A stretch of 64,000 nt of DNA from Desulfosudaceae bacterium. GTDB lineage: Bacteria; Desulfobacterota; Desulfobacteria; Desulfobacterales; Desulfosudaceae. The notes beneath the pieces were generated by a model. That model was not told where the DNA came from. It made no database searches and was given only the letters and a program-made list of their open reading frames with translations. Below are positions 56,737 to 64,000 of the stretch, in pieces (position 1 is the stretch's first letter; every line of letters begins with the position of its first letter). Both the position numbers and the translations under genes were made by a program. Location of the stretch: contig CAXXDV010000003.1 in assembly GCA_963674745.2 (NCBI GenBank), positions 992,001 to 1,056,000 of the forward strand. Direction: 5' to 3'.

Positions 56737-57189
56737 TCAGCTGGTTTTTTCCCCGGGAGGCTGCGCCTGGCAGGCCTCGTAAATTTTTTTAATCAAATCC
56801 GTCAGTTCACAGGGTTTGGTCAGATAATCATAAGCACCCAGCTTCAGCCCTTCCCGGGCCGCTTCCTGAGAACCGTGTCCGGTCAGCATGATAATTTTCA
56901 TGGAAAGTCCCATTTGGTTGAATATTTTCAATACTTCGATCCCGTCCATGTCCTCCATCTTCAGGTCCAGGATGGCCACGTCAAAATCCTCCCCCCGGAC
57001 CGCCCGGATGGCATCTTTCCCGCTGAAAGCCTTGGTGACCTGGAAATTACGTTTTCCCAGGCGGTTGGCCAGTACATTGACATATCCTTCTTCATCATCC
57101 ACCAGGAGAAGCCGAATGGGGGCCGCCCCAGAAAGATGGGTGTGTGTTTCTACATCCATGCTTTTTCCCTTTGCATGCTGATCTGACAT
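56737..57189 (-). CDS. Single-domain response regulator
   Basis: LLVDDE, LDLKME, LTGHG, YLTKPC. Confidence 0.92.
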   Translation of the reverse strand: MSDQHAKGKSMDVETHTHLSGAAPIRLLLVDDEEGYVNVLANRLGKRNFQVTKAFSGKDAIRAVRGEDFDVAILDLKMEDMDGIEVLKIFNQMGLSMKIIMLTGHGSQEAAREGLKLGAYDYLTKPCELTDLIKKIYEACQAQPPGEKTS

Positions 57190-57243
57190 GGAACCCCGGC
57201 GTTTTTCCGGATTTCGGTTGATATGTCGTTTTTAAATGTCGTA

Positions 57244-57681
57244 TCAGTCATAACCGCGGCTTAAGACCAGTTTGTCGATACGCGCTTTTTCGATTTTGGC
57301 GTCGTGTGACTGTTTTTTTCTGGCCGCCTCATTAACTTTGGAAACCAGCGTGTCGATGTCGCAGGGCTTCATCAGGTAATCAAAAGCGCCCAGCCTCATC
57401 CCCTCGATGGCGGTCTCCACGGTGGCGTGGCCGGTGAGCATGATGACTTCTTTGAGGGGATGCCGTATTTTTATCTCCTTTAACGTTTCAATGCCGTCCA
57501 TGCCGGGCATTTTTACATCCAGGATAATAACGTCGATTGCCCTTTCTTCGTCCAGAAGGTCCAGGGCCTCTTGTCCACTGTGGGCGGAAACAATCCTCAG
57601 CCCCCGCTTGTCCAGACGCTTGGTCATGGTTTCGACAAAGGGCACTTCGTCATCCACCAGCATGATGTAATCCGTTGTCAT
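57244..57681 (-). CDS. Single-domain response regulator
   Basis: MLVDDE, LDVKMP, LTGHA, YLMKPC. Confidence 0.93.
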   Translation of the reverse strand: MTTDYIMLVDDEVPFVETMTKRLDKRGLRIVSAHSGQEALDLLDEERAIDVIILDVKMPGMDGIETLKEIKIRHPLKEVIMLTGHATVETAIEGMRLGAFDYLMKPCDIDTLVSKVNEAARKKQSHDAKIEKARIDKLVLSRGYD

Positions 57682-57702
57682 GGTCCTTCTCCTTTCTTTT
57701 CT

Positions 57703-57738
57703 GATGGCTTCGTAAAAACTTTTTTACTTTTTGCCATC
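57703..57738. repeat. GATGGCTTCGTAAA hairpin repeat, copy 2
   Basis: Same structure as 56674-56707. Confidence 0.75.
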
Positions 57739-57788
57739 CCAATTTTGATTTTTTTGTAGGTTTATCGATTTTAATAATGTTTTCAGCA

Positions 57789-59483
57789 TCATGACTCCTG
57801 AAAAGGGACCCAGATGCGAAAGCGGGCCCCTTTACCGACCGCACTTTGCACATCGATTTTGCCGCCCATTTTGTTGATGATCCCGTAGCAGATGGAGAGT
57901 CCCAGGCCGGTGCCTTTGCCTACCGGTTTGCTGGTAAAAAAAGGATCAAAGATTCGGGGCAGGTTGGCCTCGGGAATACCGGGGCCGTTGTCTTCCACAA
58001 CGATAACGATGTGATCGGGTTCTATTTCACTGACTTTGGTCGATATTTTTATGGTGCCGCCGGTTTTTTCCATGGCGTCCAGGGCATTGTTGATCAGGTT
58101 GAGTAAAACCTGCTGCATCTCAGACGGTGAAATCGTAATATAGGGTAAATTCTGCTGCAGATCGGTTTCGATAATGACCTTGTTGTATTTGGCCATCTGG
58201 CTGGAAAGATTAACAATTTCCGTTATGGTGTCATTGACCTGGACATCTTTGGCAATGGTGTCGGTTTTTCTGGCAAAACTCAGCAGTTTGTGTGTAATCT
58301 CCTTGCACCGCCGACCCTGGGTGTTGATCTGAATCAAGGCCCGCTTAAATTCTTCCAGGTTTTCGCTTTTACCAAACTCTTCTTCTTCGAGCAGGTCGCC
58401 GATCCACCCGGCTTCTTCAACCATGATGGCCACCGGGTTGTTGATTTCATGGGCGATGCCGGCCGCCAATTCCCCGATGGACGCCATCTTACCGGTTTCG
58501 ATGATCTGCTGATTCATGCCTTCTTTTTCTTTGTCTGTCTTGCGGATTCGTTTGACCATGCGCCGGGCCATGTAGATGGACATGAACACAATGGCCGCTC
58601 CACCGACAAGGAAAATGGCAAATGAAATCAATTTCATACGTTTTAGGTCAGCGTAGGCGTCAGCGCTTTTCTGGGTGACAATGAGGAGCCAGTCGCCGTT
58701 TTTAAGGCTGCCCACGGCATATAAGCTGTCTTTTCCGGCAACATCCTTCCGGTGGGTTACCAGGATTTTGTTCCGCGTTTTTTTCACGGCTTCCCAGAAA
58801 TATTCATATTCACTGGTATCCCGGGGTACATCCATGGTCGGCTGGGTCTGAAATTTTCCGGCCCGGTTCAGGATAAAAGCATGACCGGTTTCCCCTACGC
58901 GCAGGTTTTGAACCAGTGAATTAAAAGACATGAAATCAATGGTGGCCCGGACCAGAAACCACCGGTCGGCCTCTTTCTGTTTGACGGTGACGATAAAATG
59001 GGGTGTACCCCGGATGCCCAGAAAGACATCACTGATGTATGAATTGTTTTGCCAGGCTTTTTTAAACCAGTCCGCGTCGGCATAATTGACGTTGGCCAGT
59101 CCATGGGGACCGGCATAGGCAACCTGATCCCCGTTTTCGTCAACGATGCCCAGGTCAACGAAGACGTTACCGTAATCATTGCTGAGGTAGATCAGTTTTT
59201 TCTGGAGGAAATCATTATCGTTAAGTGTTTCAAATGTTTTGGTTATGGCCAGAAAACGAATGTTGGCCAGTTTTTCATTTAAAAAGGTGTCGATCTGCTG
59301 TTTGTGCTTTAATACCAGCTCCGTCAAATGCGCATATGTTTTTTCATGATAGGCCACCGTAAACTGGTGCAGCAGAATGAAAATAACCAGCAGCATGGGG
59401 GCAAAGGAAACCGAAATAACACCTAAAATCATGTTCCGGGAGAGCGACTGGTAATAGTTCTTCTGTTTGCCGTTGGTTGTCAT
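57789..59483 (-). CDS. Cache-type sensor histidine kinase
   Basis: [23 protein letters not shown]; sensor domain paralogous to 32966 and 36838; start placed at MTTNGK. Confidence 0.93.
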   Translation of the reverse strand: MTTNGKQKNYYQSLSRNMILGVISVSFAPMLLVIFILLHQFTVAYHEKTYAHLTELVLKHKQQIDTFLNEKLANIRFLAITKTFETLNDNDFLQKKLIYLSNDYGNVFVDLGIVDENGDQVAYAGPHGLANVNYADADWFKKAWQNNSYISDVFLGIRGTPHFIVTVKQKEADRWFLVRATIDFMSFNSLVQNLRVGETGHAFILNRAGKFQTQPTMDVPRDTSEYEYFWEAVKKTRNKILVTHRKDVAGKDSLYAVGSLKNGDWLLIVTQKSADAYADLKRMKLISFAIFLVGGAAIVFMSIYMARRMVKRIRKTDKEKEGMNQQIIETGKMASIGELAAGIAHEINNPVAIMVEEAGWIGDLLEEEEFGKSENLEEFKRALIQINTQGRRCKEITHKLLSFARKTDTIAKDVQVNDTITEIVNLSSQMAKYNKVIIETDLQQNLPYITISPSEMQQVLLNLINNALDAMEKTGGTIKISTKVSEIEPDHIVIVVEDNGPGIPEANLPRIFDPFFTSKPVGKGTGLGLSICYGIINKMGGKIDVQSAVGKGARFRIWVPFQES

Positions 59484-59614
59484 AACATCTTTCCGCAAGA
59501 ATTTATCTGTTGCACAAAAAAAGCCGGATTCCATTGACGCTGTCGGAACCTGACTTTTCCGGATCCTGAATATCGGATCTTGCTTCCGTCGCAATGTTTC
59601 ATGACCTCGTCTAT

Positions 59615-59631
59615 TTCATGAAGCATGCCAA
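59615..59631 (-). promoter_or_regulatory. Possible sigma54 promoter (non-consensus -12)
   Basis: TTGGCAT-GCTTC-ATGAA. Confidence 0.5.
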
Positions 59632-59852
59632 AATGTACAATTGTCCGGTTTGCTTTTTCGGGGAAATATGTCGTTCCTTAAGCATTTTTAAAGAAATTAT
59701 ATTAATTTTTAATATAAGTATGTTATTAGTTTAAACATAATATTAAACTTTAACTTTCAGGTTTTCTGCCGGGTAATGAAATCTGTTTGCGGGAAGCCGG
59801 AGGTGTTTTTGTCGATAGGATTGTTTTACAAACTGTAAAAAAAATCGGCACT

Positions 59853-59922
59853 GGTTCGGGGTTCGGGGTTCAAGGTTTGGGGTTTGGGGTTTGGGGTTCA
59901 GGGTTCAGGGTTGGGGGTTGGG
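59853..59922 (+). repeat. Ten tandem degenerate GGTT-NNN heptamers
   Basis: ggttcgg x2, ggttcaa, ggtttgg x3, ggttcag x2, ggttggg x2. Confidence 0.9.
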
Positions 59923-59930
59923 GCGAAGCT

Positions 59931-60090
59931 GTAGGGGCGACCGGCGGGTCGCCCTTACGCATTAACACGGATATTACATTGAGGGGCAACCCCTTGTGGT
60001 TGCCTTTCACCGGGCAGGCACGGGGGCCTGCCCCTACATTGTTCATTGACGCCCGCCACGGTCCGTAGGGGCACCCCCCTGTGGGTGCCC
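59931..60090. repeat. GTAG-type REP cluster
   Basis: gtaggggcgaccggcgggtcgccc, gggcaggcacgggggcctgcccctac, gtaggggcaccccctgtgggtgccc. Confidence 0.85.
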
Positions 60091-60197
60091 TTTTATCGGG
60101 GCAGGTCTTACAGGCTCGTGATGGCGGGTAAAAATCTGTTGAGCCCTGTGATCTGGCGTCTTGACATTCAAATGTTATCTCATTATAAATGCGGGGC

Positions 60198-60650
60198 ATG
60201 AAGATAAAACAACGGTTTATTATGATGTCCGCCACCGGCGGTTATGTGGGAAATCTGCCGGTTGTGCCGGGAACTTTCGGGACAATGGTCGGATTGTTGC
60301 CCGCCTTTGCCCTGTCGCTGTTGGAGAATGCTTATATCGGTCTGGTTTTAATCGTTCTTTTTATTCTGGTGTCGATCTGGATATCCGAACGGGCAGAGCA
60401 GGCGTTGGGGACCGTTGATCCAGGGTGCATTGTAATTGATGAGATTGCCGGCATCATGGTCACGCTCTGGGCGCTGCCGTTTGAATGGCCGGTCGTGTTG
60501 ACCGGTTTTCTGGTTTTTCGCTGCCTGGATATGATCAAGCCCTTTCCCATTCGGCAAATTGAAAAAAATCTGTCCGGTGGTCTGGGGATTGTGGTTGATG
60601 ATGTGGCGGCCGGTGTGGCGGCCCATATTATATTGCGCATCATTTTCTGA
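60198..60650 (+). CDS. pgpA: Phosphatidylglycerophosphatase A
   Basis: PGTFGT, DPGCIVIDEIAG, FRCLDMIKPFPI, GGLGIVVDD. Confidence 0.93.
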   Translation: MKIKQRFIMMSATGGYVGNLPVVPGTFGTMVGLLPAFALSLLENAYIGLVLIVLFILVSIWISERAEQALGTVDPGCIVIDEIAGIMVTLWALPFEWPVVLTGFLVFRCLDMIKPFPIRQIEKNLSGGLGIVVDDVAAGVAAHIILRIIF

Positions 60651-61231
60651 TGGCTTTAGAAAAAGATAAAATTCGGACATTTCTGGCTTTTCCTTTGCCG
60701 GCCGATATCCTGGAGGTAATCAGGGATGTCCAGCAGTGCCTGATCGGTCGGGATATCCGGATTTCCTGGGTAAAACCAGAAAACATTCATCTGACGGTCA
60801 AGTTTCTGGGTGAAATCTCCCCGGCTTCAGTTCAGCTGGCGATTCAGGCGGCCGAAACAACCGCTGTCGGTGCTTCGCCCATGGAACTGTCTGTCAAAGG
60901 CCTGGGTGTTTTTCCGGATGCCAGGCGGCCCCGGGTGATCTGGGCGGGTTTGAGCGGCCGGACGCAGTCTCTTATTGACTTTCAGGCCGACCTGGAGGAA
61001 AATCTCGCAAATGTTGGTTTTGAAAAAGAGCGACGCCGCTTTAAGGCCCATTTGACTCTGGGAAGGGTGAAAAAAAAGCTGTCTCCGGTAAAGCTGGTTT
61101 CCGCTTTTGACGCCTGCGGCGGATTTGCTTCCCGATCTTTTGCGGCTGACCGACTGGTTTTATACAGAAGTCAGTTGAGGCCGGAAGGAGCGGTTTACAC
61201 GGCTCTGCAGGCATTTGACCTGGCAGGCTGA
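60650..61231 (+). CDS. thpR: RNA 2',3'-cyclic phosphodiesterase (2H family)
   Basis: Two HxT motifs (HLTVKFLG, HLTLGR). Confidence 0.92.
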   Translation: MALEKDKIRTFLAFPLPADILEVIRDVQQCLIGRDIRISWVKPENIHLTVKFLGEISPASVQLAIQAAETTAVGASPMELSVKGLGVFPDARRPRVIWAGLSGRTQSLIDFQADLEENLANVGFEKERRRFKAHLTLGRVKKKLSPVKLVSAFDACGGFASRSFAADRLVLYRSQLRPEGAVYTALQAFDLAG

Positions 61232-61281
61232 TGTCTTAAGTTCTGATTTTAACCATATAATTAACACACATGGAGGAGAAG

Positions 61282-62331
61282 ATGAGTAATTCATCCGACA
61301 AGTCAAAGGCAGTGGAAGCCGCAATGACGCAGATCGAGCGCCAGTTCGGCAAGGGGTCGATCATGAAACTCGGTGCCGGAACAATTATTAGAATACCGTC
61401 CATATCGACCGGTTCGCTGGCCCTGGACAAGGCCCTTGGTATCGGCGGTATTCCCCGGGGAAGGGTTACCGAGATATTCGGGCAGGAATCATCAGGAAAA
61501 ACGACCCTGGCCCTGCACACAGTGGCAGAGGCCCAGCAGCTCGGCGGAATCGCCGCTTTTGTAGATGCCGAGCATGCCCTTGATGTGGCTTATGCCAGAA
61601 GGCTGGGGGTAAACTGCGATGAGCTGCTGGTCTCTCAGCCGGATACCGGCGAACAGGCCCTGGAGATTGCCGATATGCTGGTCAGAAGCGGTGCGGTTGA
61701 TATCCTGGTAATCGACTCCGTGGCCGCCCTGGTTCCCAAGGCGGAGATTGAAGGTGAAATGGGTGATTCTCACATGGGGCTCCAGGCGAGGCTCATGTCC
61801 CAGGCACTTCGTAAGCTGACAGGTGTAATAGGAAAAACAAATACTTGTATTATATTTATTAACCAGATACGTGAGAAAATAGGCGTCTTCTTTGGCAATC
61901 CTGAAACCACTACCGGAGGTAACGCACTGAAGTTTTATTCTTCGGTCAGGTTGGATATTCGGCGCAGCGCGGCCATCAAGGACGGTCAGGAGGTGATCGG
62001 CAACAGGGTCAAGGTCAAGGTCGTCAAGAACAAGGTGGCCCCGCCGTTCAAAAATATTGAATTTGATATCATGTACGGCGAAGGCATCTCCAAAACCGGC
62101 GAGTTGCTCGATATCGGGGTTGAGCAGAATATTATTGAGAAAAGCGGGTCCTGGTATTCCTATAATAATGAACGCATCGGTCAGGGCCGGGAGAATGTCA
62201 AGCAGTACTTTGCCGAGAACCCTGATGTTTTTAAAGAATTGTATTCAAAAGTAAGGGACAGCCTCGGTCTCGGCAGTCCCGTGGAGAAAACCGCGGAACC
62301 GGAGACGGAATCGGAACCGGAAAAGAAATAA
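61282..62331 (+). CDS. recA: Recombinase A
   Basis: [40 protein letters not shown]. Confidence 0.99.
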   Translation: MSNSSDKSKAVEAAMTQIERQFGKGSIMKLGAGTIIRIPSISTGSLALDKALGIGGIPRGRVTEIFGQESSGKTTLALHTVAEAQQLGGIAAFVDAEHALDVAYARRLGVNCDELLVSQPDTGEQALEIADMLVRSGAVDILVIDSVAALVPKAEIEGEMGDSHMGLQARLMSQALRKLTGVIGKTNTCIIFINQIREKIGVFFGNPETTTGGNALKFYSSVRLDIRRSAAIKDGQEVIGNRVKVKVVKNKVAPPFKNIEFDIMYGEGISKTGELLDIGVEQNIIEKSGSWYSYNNERIGQGRENVKQYFAENPDVFKELYSKVRDSLGLGSPVEKTAEPETESEPEKK

Positions 62332-62343
62332 TGAGGCGTGTTG

Positions 62344-64000
62344 ATGACAGGAAACGACATCCGCAGTAAATTTCTGGAATATTTTAAAACCAAAGATCAT
62401 CGTATTGTCCGCAGTGCGTCCCTGGTTCCCCAGTCGGACCCGACCTTGCTGTTTGTCAATGCCGGTATGGTCCAGTTCAAGCGGCTCTTCATCGGTGAGG
62501 AAACGCGTGATTATAAAACCGCCGCCACTTCGCAGAAATGTGTTCGCGCCGGAGGCAAGCACAACGATCTGGATAACGTGGGGTATACGGCCCGGCATCA
62601 TACTTTTTTTGAGATGCTGGGCAACTTTTCCTTTGGGGATTATTTCAAGGAAAGGGCCATTGAGCTGGCCTGGGACCTGCTGTTGAACGGGTACGGTCTG
62701 TCGCCGGATGATCTCTGGGTCTCGGTTTATAAGGATGATGACGAGGCCTATAATATCTGGAAAAATACCATGGGCGTTCCTGAAGACCGGATTGCCCGTC
62801 TGGGTGAAAAGGATAATTTCTGGGCCATGGGGGATACCGGCCCTTGCGGGCCTTGCAGTGAAATTCATATTGACCGTGGTGAGCGATTCGGCTGCGGGCG
62901 ACCGGATTGCGCGGTAGGCTGTGAATGCGACCGCTATCTGGAAATCTGGAACATGGTTTTCATGCAGTATAACCGGGACAAGACCGGCGAAATGACCCCG
63001 CTGCCCAAACCGAGCATCGATACCGGCATGGGCCTGGAGCGGATTGCTTCGGTGGTTCAGAACACCGACACCAATTATGAAACCGACCTGATTTTTCCGA
63101 TTATCAAGACCATTGAAGAGATGGCCGAACGGTCATACGGAAAAGACGCGGATGCCGACGTGTGCATGAAAGTCATTGCCGACCACAGCCGGGCGTCCGC
63201 TTTTCTGATCGGAGACGGCGTGCTTCCTTCCAACGAAGGCCGGGGGTACGTCCTGCGCCGGATCATGCGGCGGGCCATTCGCTATGGACGGAATATCGGT
63301 TTAAACCAGCCCTTTCTGCATAAAACCGCGCTGACGGTTCTGGACACGATGTCCGATACTTATCCCGAGCTCAAGGATGCCGGTTCGTTTATTACCAATG
63401 TCATCGAAAACGAAGAAATCCGGTTTTCCGAAACCCTGGATAACGGCCTGCGCGTTCTGCAGGACACACTGGCGGATATCAAGGCCGGGGGAGAAACGGT
63501 CATTCCCGGAGACGTTATTTTCAAGCTCTATGATACCTTCGGTTTTCCGGTGGATATTGTTCAGGATGTGGTCCGGGGTGAGAACATCTCCCTGGACATG
63601 GACGGGTTTAACCGGCATATGACCGGTCAGCGGGAAAAATCCCGGTCCGTGGCTGAATTTTCGAAAACCTGTCCGGCTTACGGCCGGCTGGCCGCCGACG
63701 GCACCAGGACGGCGTTTGTGGGTTATGAAACCCTGGAGAAAAAAGCAAAGGTGCTGACGCTGGTCAGGGACGGAAATGAGCTTGAAACAGCCGGCCAGGG
63801 GGAAACCGTCGAGCTGGTGGTGGATGAAACACCTTTCTACGGCGAATCCGGGGGCCAGGTCGGTGATACCGGGCTGATTACGGCCGGGGATTTTTCAATG
63901 AAGGTGACCGATACGGTCAAGGAACCGTCCGGCCTCACCATTCATAAAGGCGATGTTATATCCGGCGCCGTGCGCCCGGGTGATCAGGTCAGCCTTACGG
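62344..64000 (+). CDS. alaS: Alanine--tRNA ligase, runs off the window end
   Basis: MTGNDIRSKFLEYF..DPTLLFVNAGMVQFK..SQKCVRAGGKHNDL..HHTFFEMLGNFSFGDYFK. Confidence 0.98.
   Translation, partial: MTGNDIRSKFLEYFKTKDHRIVRSASLVPQSDPTLLFVNAGMVQFKRLFIGEETRDYKTAATSQKCVRAGGKHNDLDNVGYTARHHTFFEMLGNFSFGDYFKERAIELAWDLLLNGYGLSPDDLWVSVYKDDDEAYNIWKNTMGVPEDRIARLGEKDNFWAMGDTGPCGPCSEIHIDRGERFGCGRPDCAVGCECDRYLEIWNMVFMQYNRDKTGEMTPLPKPSIDTGMGLERIASVVQNTDTNYETDLIFPIIKTIEEMAERSYGKDADADVCMKVIADHSRASAFLIGDGVLPSNEGRGYVLRRIMRRAIRYGRNIGLNQPFLHKTALTVLDTMSDTYPELKDAGSFITNVIENEEIRFSETLDNGLRVLQDTLADIKAGGETVIPGDVIFKLYDTFGFPVDIVQDVVRGENISLDMDGFNRHMTGQREKSRSVAEFSKTCPAYGRLAADGTRTAFVGYETLEKKAKVLTLVRDGNELETAGQGETVELVVDETPFYGESGGQVGDTGLITAGDFSMKVTDTVKEPSGLTIHKGDVISGAVRPGDQVSLT

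Noticed and set aside
61232..61281. LexA box upstream of recA
   Set aside because: No palindrome I can tie to a known LexA motif
1..64000. Selenoprotein (UGA read-through) genes near selC
   Set aside because: No ORF appears split at an in-frame UGA with continuing homology or a SECIS-like hairpin

Overview
Bacterial chromosomal DNA. Gene content (sigma54 regulators, DASS/TRAP transporters, tRNA-Sec, GTAG-type REPs, GGGCF C-terminal tail) suggests a sulfate-reducing Desulfobacterota/Desulfobacterales-like host; this is an inference. There are three zones. (1) ~1-23.6 kb is an accessory region downstream of a minus-strand tRNA-Sec (selC, 23585-23682). It holds two extra copies of the selC 3' 31 bp, each in an attP-like site with TGCGGAACG arm repeats and each next to the same RelE/HigB-Xre toxin-antitoxin pair. 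It also holds a third core-less arm site, an orphan tRNA-Asp attP-like site, an IS256/IS91 chimera, truncated gene remnants and cargo (sigma54 activator, radical SAM, GH26-CBM6, DctP, TetR, OmpR-type TCS, Cys-rich lactonase fusion). No integrase is visible in the window. (2) ~26-59.6 kb is a dense signalling/transport cluster: four DASS/SLC13 paralogs (one fused to a receiver domain), five histidine kinases, ten receiver domains, CBS, USP, STAS-like, degenerate crotonase, Pat acetyltransferase, a DGC, and several sigma54 promoters sharing a candidate upstream motif. (3) 60-64 kb is core genome: pgpA-thpR-recA-alaS (partial). No CRISPR array or rRNA was seen. All calls are by eye from the sequence and ORF track; no database searches were run.
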